49,157 bases of DNA, taken from positions 1 to 49,157 of the IMG/VR virus record IMGVR_UViG_3300048910_000190. One strand, given 5' to 3'. Source of the DNA: a virus. The position numbers and the translations under genes were made by a program. Under the pieces are notes generated by a model. That model ran no database searches and was not told where the DNA came from. It saw only the letters and a program-made list of their open reading frames with translations. Positions 42,601 through 49,157 of the stretch are shown here, piece by piece (the stretch's first letter is position 1; the number at the start of each line of letters is the position of its first letter).

Positions 42601-44619
42601 TCAGCTGCCACCACCACCGGAGGGCCATTCGGCGGTCACGGTGCCTCGGCAGCGGATCCCGCCGTCGCACCCGATGTAACCGCCCGTGCCGTACGCCGCC
42701 TCAGCTGCAGCGAGGTTGGGGAACTCGGTTCCGTCGATCTGACCGCAGGGCTCGCACTCGTTGATGTCGTTGATCTCGCACGCGGTGATGACCACGTCGT
42801 CAGGCCCGGCGCCGATCGCCGCGAGGCGGCCGGTGTTCTGGGCGCGGTGGAGTGCACCGCCGAGCTGGTCGCGGCGAACCCAGCCCGCGAGGCCGCGCAG
42901 GAACGCGCCGACGGCATCCGCGACGGAGCGCCCTGATGCGGCGGGTGTGGCGAGGCGCATCGCCTCCCGGGCGGCTGATGCGGCCAGGCCAGAGGCGAGG
43001 AGCGCGGAAGTGGCCTGTGCGATGGCGGCCAGATCGGCACCGAGCGCATCACGCAGTGGTGCGCGGTTGGTGAACTGCGGCGGCATGATGCGGATGCCCT
43101 GCCGCCCGGCCTGCTGGACGATGCGCTGCGCGGCCTGATCGGCCATCACCTGCAGCGCGCGGGTGAGCGCCTCGGCGGCGGTGTCCGTCGGCACGGTGAG
43201 GCCGGCAAGGGCCGCGGTGTCGACGGCGTCGACGGCCGTCTCGATCTGCCCCTCGAGGTCGGTGATCCATCCGGCCTCGATGCTGCCCCAGGTGGCGGTG
43301 AGGCTAGCGAGGGCTTGCTCATGGTCGGCTCGGACGTCCTCCAGGTCGGCGTCGGCGGAGTCCCGGAGGCGGAGACGGCGGCTGGCGCGGGGCCGGTGGT
43401 CGTGCCGGTTGACGGGCACGCTGAGCGGGGGCGCGGGGGCGACGTGCGTCATCGGCGGCAGGCCGACGGTGTGGAGCACCTCGGCCGGGTCGTAGCCCGC
43501 TTCAACGAGGACGGCAGCGGCGGTGGAGCGGGTGGTCAGCGCAGCGTTCTCGGCCTCCTCGTCCTCGGGGACGGGGCTCTCGTAGTCGAACTCGAGGTCG
43601 GTGGCAGTGGCCCCGTACATCGGCAGGAGTTCGAAGTTCAGAGCGGCCTTGAAGCGCTCCAACCTCGGCTCGGTCAGCTGCTCGGCGAACCAGACGCGGC
43701 TGGCGTCGGCGGTGGCCCGGTTGACGTCGGCTACTTCGCCCAGTGCGAAGGCGGGCATCGTGAAGGCCTCCCGGATCACGTCCCGGGAGACGGACCGGAG
43801 TTCGGCGAACTGCATGTCTCTCTGCGTGAATTTCCTATCGACCCAGGTCGCGCCCTGCTCCATGATCGCCACGCGGTGGGCTGCGGCCACACCGCGGTGC
43901 TGCTCGGCCCAGCGCATCCGCATCTCGTCGAACTCGTCGTCGTCGAGGCGCCGGTCGACGGCGATGATTCCGCCCGGCTCGGCCGAGTTGAGGAAGAAGT
44001 TCCGGTTCCACTCGGCGCTGTACCGGCTCGCGTCAAGATCGGTGAGGATCGCCTGCACCGGGCCCATGCCCCGGTACGTGTCGAGCGGGTTGGGCATGCG
44101 GATCTGGATGACCTCGTCCAGGCCCAGCGGCACCTGCTCGCCGTCCGGGCCCGTGTACACGTAGCCGACTAGGTAGTCCGTCGGTGACGGGATCGGCATC
44201 ATCCGGTCTGGGCGGACCGGCCACAGCTCCAGCGGAATCGGCGAGCGCGGGTCCCGGGCGATCACCCACCAGCCCTCACCCGTCAGGTCGATGTGCTGCT
44301 GCTCAACCTCGACGAACTCCTGCCTCGGCATGAACGGGTTGGGGCGGTTCCACAGGTCGAGTGCGGCGTGACTGGTGACCTCAACCCGGTCCTCCTTCCG
44401 CCCGCTCTTGGCCTTCCGGTAGAGGTGCCACTCCACCTGGGCGGTCGATGTGGACGTGCGGTTGACGATCGAGAACAGCGTGCCGACGCTACCCATGGCC
44501 CGCATCTGCGCGGTCATCCCAGACGGCGAGCCCCACATCGACGACATGCCGCGGCCGACACGCGACGGGGCATACGCGACCGGCGTCCGGTTCAGCAGAG
44601 AGCGGATGAACGACGCCAC
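42601..44619 (-). CDS. portal protein (HK97 family) fused to a MuF/minor-head-like domain
   Basis: LWPVRPDRM, YRGMGP, FFLNSAEPGG; C-terminal CEPC...C..GIRCRGTV. Confidence 0.9.
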   Translation of the reverse strand: MASFIRSLLNRTPVAYAPSRVGRGMSSMWGSPSGMTAQMRAMGSVGTLFSIVNRTSTSTAQVEWHLYRKAKSGRKEDRVEVTSHAALDLWNRPNPFMPRQEFVEVEQQHIDLTGEGWWVIARDPRSPIPLELWPVRPDRMMPIPSPTDYLVGYVYTGPDGEQVPLGLDEVIQIRMPNPLDTYRGMGPVQAILTDLDASRYSAEWNRNFFLNSAEPGGIIAVDRRLDDDEFDEMRMRWAEQHRGVAAAHRVAIMEQGATWVDRKFTQRDMQFAELRSVSRDVIREAFTMPAFALGEVADVNRATADASRVWFAEQLTEPRLERFKAALNFELLPMYGATATDLEFDYESPVPEDEEAENAALTTRSTAAAVLVEAGYDPAEVLHTVGLPPMTHVAPAPPLSVPVNRHDHRPRASRRLRLRDSADADLEDVRADHEQALASLTATWGSIEAGWITDLEGQIETAVDAVDTAALAGLTVPTDTAAEALTRALQVMADQAAQRIVQQAGRQGIRIMPPQFTNRAPLRDALGADLAAIAQATSALLASGLAASAAREAMRLATPAASGRSVADAVGAFLRGLAGWVRRDQLGGALHRAQNTGRLAAIGAGPDDVVITACEINDINECEPCGQIDGTEFPNLAAAEAAYGTGGYIGCDGGIRCRGTVTAEWPSGGGGS

Positions 44620-44630
44620 AGGTGGGCCTC

Positions 44631-44810
44631 CTAGCGACGCGGCCGGTCCGAGATGGCCATCTCAGCGCACAGGCAGGACGCGCCGGCGGCGACCCAGCCG
44701 AGCGGCGGCCAGGCGAGCCACAGCCCGTAGGAGACGAGCCCGAGCCCGGCGATGACCAGCACGACGGGCAGTAGGGGGCGGAGTAGGGCGGCGATCTGCT
44801 GGTAGGGCAT
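44631..44810 (-). CDS. small two-TM membrane protein
   Basis: ATG 44810 coupled to the terL stop; VVLVIAGLGLVSYGLWLAWPPLGWVAAG. Confidence 0.75.
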   Translation of the reverse strand: MPYQQIAALLRPLLPVVLVIAGLGLVSYGLWLAWPPLGWVAAGASCLCAEMAISDRPRR

Positions 44811-46204
44811 CACATCCACCTCACGCGGGGTCGGGAGCGTAGGTCTGCCTCGGCGACGGCGTACCGCATCGCGTCCATGCCGTGGTCGTCCTTCTTGACG
44901 GGGGCTTCTTTCGGCGGTTTGCCGGGGCCTGGAGGCTCCCACACGTACCCGACGATCTCCTCGGCTGTGCAGGTGGGCAGCTTGGCCTCTACGAGCTCCG
45001 GGTCCTTGTCGACGAGGGCGTCCTCGCACAGGAAGATGCGGGGCTTTCCGTCGCCAGCTTCCTTGAAGCGGGCCTGCGCGGCTTCGAGGCCGTCCTTGAC
45101 GGACTTGTGGGCGGCGATGGTGCCCATGCCGAGGTGGCGCTCCAGGGTGGCGCGGTCTTCGGCGTCGTGGTCGCAGATGACGAGGCGGGGCTTGTCTTCG
45201 GTCCACTGGCGGATGCCCGCCTGGATGTCCTCGCGGATGTCCTTGGCGGTGAGGACGGTGCGTTTGGGAGCTGGCCTGACCAGCTTGGTCATCTGGAGGA
45301 GCATGTCGCGGGCGTGGTCTTCGACAAGGGTCTTGGTCTTGTAGATCTCCTTGTAGAGGTGGAGGCGCCCGTCGGGGTCTTCTGACCACCATTGGGCGCA
45401 GAACGGGTTGGTGAAGCCGAAGTCGACGACCAGGCGCCGTGGCCACTCGGGCCGGACGACGGCTTTCGGGACGAGGTGGGTGGCGGCGTTCCAGTGCTCG
45501 TAGATGAGGCCTTCGGCGGCGGCCCACTGGCCGTCACGGAGCCGCAGCCTGCGGACTCCGGTGAGGGCGTCGAGCTTGGCCATGTAGGCGATGCCTTCGT
45601 GGGTGAGGCTGCCGTCGGCGTTGACGAACCTGGGGTTGTCGCGGTGGATGCTGGTGAGCATGCGCATCTTGCCTGCGTCGGCGCGCTGCTTCATCCAGTG
45701 GGTGGGGTGGCCGGGGTTGGCTGCGGCGATCTGCTGCTGCCAGGAGAGGCCGCCGTTGCGGAGGCGGGTGCCGATGGCTTCCCAGTCGTCGACGGTGAGT
45801 TCGGTGGCCTCGTCGGCGAACACGAGGTCGTACTCCGAGCTCATGATCTTCTCGGGCTTGTCCATCCCGCCGACGTTGATGACGGCGCCGTTGTCGTAGT
45901 AGTAGCCGGCCGCGTCCTGCTGGCTGCCGCCGTACCACCGGCACAGGCCGGTGGCGACGGCCTCCTTCACGACCTTCTTCTTGAACGTCACGAGGGTGGT
46001 GGAGGTCAGGCTGACGGCCGTCTTACGGACGATCAGGCCTCTGAAGTCCGGGTTCGACAGGGCTACGAGGTGCATGCGGTACAGGCAGGCGAGGGACTTG
46101 CCGGTGCCTGCCGCGCCGACGATGCACAGTTCGGGGTCGCGGGCGCGGAACAGCTCGGCAGCGGCGCCGCGCGGCTCATACCGGACGACTGTGGCCGTGG
46201 TCAC
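44810..46204 (-). CDS. terL: terminase large subunit
   Basis: Walker A GAAGTGKS, Walker B VFADE, ANP coupling motif, nuclease VDFGF and DDHGMDAMRY. Confidence 0.95.
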   Translation of the reverse strand: MTTATVVRYEPRGAAAELFRARDPELCIVGAAGTGKSLACLYRMHLVALSNPDFRGLIVRKTAVSLTSTTLVTFKKKVVKEAVATGLCRWYGGSQQDAAGYYYDNGAVINVGGMDKPEKIMSSEYDLVFADEATELTVDDWEAIGTRLRNGGLSWQQQIAAANPGHPTHWMKQRADAGKMRMLTSIHRDNPRFVNADGSLTHEGIAYMAKLDALTGVRRLRLRDGQWAAAEGLIYEHWNAATHLVPKAVVRPEWPRRLVVDFGFTNPFCAQWWSEDPDGRLHLYKEIYKTKTLVEDHARDMLLQMTKLVRPAPKRTVLTAKDIREDIQAGIRQWTEDKPRLVICDHDAEDRATLERHLGMGTIAAHKSVKDGLEAAQARFKEAGDGKPRIFLCEDALVDKDPELVEAKLPTCTAEEIVGYVWEPPGPGKPPKEAPVKKDDHGMDAMRYAVAEADLRSRPRVRWM

Positions 46205-46421
46205 GGCGGTCAGCTTCCACAGATCGGAATACCGTCAGGTCGGCGTCCTCGATGACCACGAGGGGCACGTGCGTGCCAACAGCCTTGGCCCACTGCTCTC
46301 GTATCGCGTCGAGTTCGTCGAGCGAGAGCCGGTGCTCAGTCCTCAGGACGAACAGGTCGCCGGGGCGGACCTCAACGTGGCGGAGCTCTCCGGCTTCGAT
46401 GCGGATCACCTTGTCGCTCAC
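46176..46421 (-). CDS. hypothetical protein
   Basis: GGGAGG RBS, GTG 46421 (VSDKVIRIE...VRPGDLFVL). Confidence 0.65.
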   Translation of the reverse strand: MSDKVIRIEAGELRHVEVRPGDLFVLRTEHRLSLDELDAIREQWAKAVGTHVPLVVIEDADLTVFRSVEADRRDHGHSRPV

Positions 46422-46594
46422 CGCAGCCTCCCGCCGGCGATGAGGATCAGCACGGCGATGACGGCCAGGTTGATGGTCGTGACCATGGCGGCCTGACCGC
46501 TGGTCATCGGCCGCCGGGCCTTTCCGACGGACGACGGCACGAGCACGATGCTCAGCAGGTGCCACGAGATCAAGATCCAGCATGCGATAACCAC
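46418..46594 (-). CDS. small two-TM membrane protein (58 aa)
   Basis: Not in the ORF track; VVIACWILISWHLLSIVLVPSSVGKARRPMTSGQAAMVTTINLAVIAVLILIAGGRLR; GGGGAG RBS; GTGA coupling. Confidence 0.6.
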   Translation of the reverse strand: MVIACWILISWHLLSIVLVPSSVGKARRPMTSGQAAMVTTINLAVIAVLILIAGGRLR

Positions 46595-46664
46595 GGTTCG
46601 CTCCCCGCTCCTTGGGCGCTTTCGTGCCCACCGTCGCGGGGAGCCGTGACAGCAGAGGATGCGG

Positions 46665-47147
46665 CTACCGCAGGTCCTCCGGGTTGATGCCGACGACCTC
46701 GTACGTCACGCCGCCGCTCACCTGCGTCTTGGCCGGCTGGTCCAGCCCGAGGAGCTTGCGGCGGGACTCGGAGATGCGGACGATGCGGTCGATCGCCGAG
46801 AGTACGGGCCCGTCGTCTTGGAGCGCTTCGCCGTCGAGGCGGACCACCTGCCCGTTCGATACGACGATGTGGTGCCGCTCCAGCACCTTCAGCGCGGCCC
46901 GGTGCATCTCGTCGAGGCGGTCGAGTTCGAACTGCACGGCGTCCTCCGCGGCTTCGCGCACCACGTCCTGCATGGCGTGCTTGACGGCGGTGTGCGCCGT
47001 CTTGACGTCGATTTCGAGCGCTCTGGCGATGTCCCGGTAGCTCATGCCTCGCGAGCGCATGCGGGCTGCCTTGGCGTCGCGCTCGGCGGTCTCCACGGTG
47101 CGGATGAACTTGCCGTCGCCGTCCCGTGCCTGGTCTTCCACGCTCAT
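46665..47147 (-). CDS. terS: terminase small subunit (HTH)
   Basis: GMSYRDIARALEI HTH; RRKLLGLD C-terminus; position upstream of terL. Confidence 0.75.
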   Translation of the reverse strand: MSVEDQARDGDGKFIRTVETAERDAKAARMRSRGMSYRDIARALEIDVKTAHTAVKHAMQDVVREAAEDAVQFELDRLDEMHRAALKVLERHHIVVSNGQVVRLDGEALQDDGPVLSAIDRIVRISESRRKLLGLDQPAKTQVSGGVTYEVVGINPEDLR

Positions 47148-47188
47148 GGTCTCCCCTTTCCCTGCCGGTCAGGGTAGGGAGGGCATGG

Positions 47189-47223
47189 GTCAGCCCCCGG
47201 CCGGAGCGGGACCGGGGGCTGAC
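47189..47223. other. 12-bp stem-loop upstream of terS
   Basis: GTCAGCCCCCGG...CCGGGGGCTGAC. Confidence 0.55.
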
Positions 47224-47344
47224 GTTGCGGGCGCCCGGACCCCTCTAGGTGCCTGCTGTGCATCCCCACACCGGGCCGGCGCCGCCCGAGGGGAGTCGGT
47301 GCGGGCGCCGGGCCCGTCCGAACAGTGGCAGCCGGGCGGGACAG

Positions 47345-47431
47345 TCAGCGTCGGCGGATGAGCTTGACCAGGCCGACGACGATCAGCGCGATGATGACGA
47401 GGACGGCGAGGATGATGTGCCAGGGTTCCAC
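47345..47431 (-). CDS. 28-aa hydrophobic membrane peptide
   Basis: Not in the ORF track; AGGAG RBS; VEPWHIILAVLVIIALIVVGLVKLIRRR. Confidence 0.65.
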   Translation of the reverse strand: MEPWHIILAVLVIIALIVVGLVKLIRRR

Positions 47432-47521
47432 GGTGGCTCCTGCGGGTTGGGGTTGCGGCGAGGGCATCCTGCCGCAGGAGCACGCGGGGCGGGGCGGTTG
47501 TGGCCGGATCGTAGCCAGGCG

Positions 47522-47716
47522 TCAGCCGGTTGTCGGCTCGACGACCTCGGCAGCACCAATCAGTTCGGCTGCGAGAAGCGCGGCCTCCGCGACGGTGAGG
47601 CCGCGCGAGAGGGCGCCGTGTCGGGCTTCCTCGGGGAAGAGGTCGGCGCTCAGCCGGATCTCGCCGTTGGCCATGACGGTGACTCCGGGGAGCTTCTGCG
47701 GTGTCGTCATGGTCAT
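47522..47716 (-). CDS. small hypothetical protein
   Basis: GGAGG RBS, ATGA coupling; MTMTTPQKLPGV... Confidence 0.65.
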   Translation of the reverse strand: MTMTTPQKLPGVTVMANGEIRLSADLFPEEARHGALSRGLTVAEAALLAAELIGAAEVVEPTTG

Positions 47717-48111
47717 GCCTCCGGGGCCCAGTCGGGCCGGTAGTCGGGGTGATCGGCGTACGGCAGGGCGAGCAGGCGGAGGACGGGTAGCACGAAGGCG
47801 CTGCCGCCACCGTTCTTGACGGCCCATCCGCACTCGTCGAGGATGCGCCGCTTGGCGTCGACCTCGGCCAGCACCCGCGCCGGATCATGGCGCAGGATGT
47901 ACTCCTGGACCCCATCGGCGATCGTGAGGCCCCAGGCATCATGGCCTCAGGCTGCCAGCACACCAGCCTCCTCAGAGACGAGCATCGGCCCGTTCTGGTC
48001 CCACTCGTTCGCCTCGGGCGTCCACCGCCAAGGCCCTGACGGGACTGACCGTGCAACCTGCTCGTCCTCGTCGAGGCGTGCCCGCAGGAACGCCACCAGG
48101 TCGGCGGTCAC
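47713..48111 (-). pseudogene. DUF6221-like gene interrupted by an in-frame TGA at 47949-47947
   Basis: DLVAFLRARLDEDE...GPW...AA*GHDAWG...RHDPARVLAEVDAKRRIL...LRLLALPYADHPDY continues in the same frame past the stop. Confidence 0.75.
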
Positions 48112-48374
48112 TCGCCTGCCCCTTCCGGGTAGAGCAGCTGCCGAGCGCGATCCAGCTCGTCCTTGGTAGGCGTGCTGCCTGCCGCCAAGCCCTGGGCCTC
48201 TTGCAGGATCTCCTGCGCGCGCTCCTGGCTGACGCCGAGAGCACCGGCCGTCACGAAGTATCGGCTCACGCGCTCGGCGCCTTCGATCACGGTCTGCATC
48301 GCCGCACCGATCGCGGCGAACTGCAGGCTCGGCCCTGCCCAACGCAGCTCGGACTCACTGGGTTGCTCAGTCAT
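48108..48374 (-). CDS. hypothetical protein
   Basis: AGGAG RBS; coupled to the downstream gene. Confidence 0.65.
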   Translation of the reverse strand: MTEQPSESELRWAGPSLQFAAIGAAMQTVIEGAERVSRYFVTAGALGVSQERAQEILQEAQGLAAGSTPTKDELDRARQLLYPEGAGE

Positions 48375-48534
48375 CCGATTCGTTCTCCTCTACGGTCCCG
48401 GCGAGCGCGAGGATGCCGCGCTTCAGGGCATCGATCTCGGCGTCCGACCGGCGGCCATCGATCGGCGGCTCAGCCTTGTCGGGCGCCAGCCAGTTGCCGC
48501 GCGCCTCCAGGCACACGATCAGGTCGTCGGTCAT
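48367..48534 (-). CDS. small hypothetical protein (55 aa), possible degenerate DUF6221 paralogue
   Basis: Not in the ORF track; MTDDLIVCLEAR...AEIDALKRGIL; TGATG coupling. Confidence 0.5.
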   Translation of the reverse strand: MTDDLIVCLEARGNWLAPDKAEPPIDGRRSDAEIDALKRGILALAGTVEENESDD

Positions 48535-48830
48535 CAGTACGCCTGCGGGTAGTCGAAGGGCCGCAGGGCCTCGGTGAGCGCTTCATGCAGGGTCGGGGGT
48601 GGCATCGTCACCGTGACCTCGGGGGCAAGCTCCTTGACGATCTCCTCCGCCAACTGCCGAAGGACCGCGGCCTTCATGTGCTCCTGGTACTCGGGCCCGG
48701 CCTCGCCCCAGTGGTGGAGGGGAGCCGTCATGGTGGACTGGAGCTTCCGGCCGTTGATCTCGATGGCAGCGTGAAGAACGACGCTGCCGTGGCCGAGGGC
48801 TGGCCGACCGATGGCGGGCTGCTGGCTCAT
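48534..48830 (-). CDS. hypothetical protein
   Basis: ATG 48830 (MSQQPAIG...) after CGAGAGGATGAGGAC. Confidence 0.7.
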   Translation of the reverse strand: MSQQPAIGRPALGHGSVVLHAAIEINGRKLQSTMTAPLHHWGEAGPEYQEHMKAAVLRQLAEEIVKELAPEVTVTMPPPTLHEALTEALRPFDYPQAY

Positions 48831-48863
48831 GTCCTCATCCTCTCGCGGCAACTAGCGTGCCGG

Positions 48864-49091
48864 TCACTCGCTGATCCCCGTCCCGATTCGCTTCAGTGCC
48901 TCAGCGGCACGGTCGCCCTCCTGCACAAACAGATGGCGCGCGGTCTGCCACTCGTCGATCAGAAGATCGGCACCGGCAGCTGTCAGGCCACCTGTGGCTG
49001 GCTCCGCCAGGAGGCGACTGGCCGTCGCGCGGTCCATCTCGCCCGAGGCAACCGCGTAGCCGTAGAACTCGATGTCGTCGACAAGTGCCAT
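48864..49091 (-). CDS. hypothetical protein
   Basis: ATG 49091 (MALVDDIEFY...) after CGAGAGGATGAGGACT. Confidence 0.7.
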   Translation of the reverse strand: MALVDDIEFYGYAVASGEMDRATASRLLAEPATGGLTAAGADLLIDEWQTARHLFVQEGDRAAEALKRIGTGISE

Positions 49092-49096
49092 AGTCC

Positions 49097-49157
49097 TCAT
49101 CCTCTCGTCGTGCTGTCGCGCCAGCCGGGGATGTCCCGGACGTGCACGACGGCGTCG
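49097..49157 (-). CDS. 3' part of the junction-spanning ORF that starts at 68
   Basis: In-frame continuation DAVVHVRDIPGWRDSTTRG*; stop at 49099-49097. Confidence 0.65.
   Translation of the reverse strand, partial: DAVVHVRDIPGWRDSTTRG

Noticed and set aside
47947-47949. Alternative genetic code or selenocysteine
   Set aside because: Single instance; TGA terminates most genes here and no suppressor tRNA or Sec context is visible.

Overview
The window appears to be a complete, circularly permuted ~49.2 kb temperate siphovirus genome from a high-GC actinomycete. Gene content and promoter style suggest a Streptomycetaceae host. It is in the excised or circular state: an intact attP (3' half of tRNA-Val(TAC)) lies internally at ~19.1 kb, and one ORF reads in frame across the 49157/1 junction. 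Almost all genes are on the minus strand. Late arm (47147 down to 22212): terS, terL, portal-MuF fusion, Clp protease, HK97-fold capsid, decoration genes, a large fibre with a CE4 deacetylase domain, neck and tail genes, a TAC with a -1 frameshift, tape measure, tail tip, a GH43-like lipoprotein, a C1 peptidase, endolysin and holin. Early arm (16550 down to 1988): Cro-Xis fusion, RecE-like nuclease with a putative annealase, WhiB, replication initiator, a C5 DNA methyltransferase with variant motifs, a LuxR HTH and many small Cys-rich proteins. The repressor and tyrosine integrase are on the plus strand. Two self-contained regulatory modules stand out. (1) An RHH-like autorepressor divergent from a WYL-led small-gene operon, with four operator repeats placed in two divergent promoters (1570-1685). 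(2) A ~400-aa XRE/TPR-like regulator flanked on both sides by the same GTGTACACCGTGTACA operator, with small Zn-binding-protein operons on each side (19.6-22.2 kb). All functional calls come from motif recognition by eye; no database searches were run.
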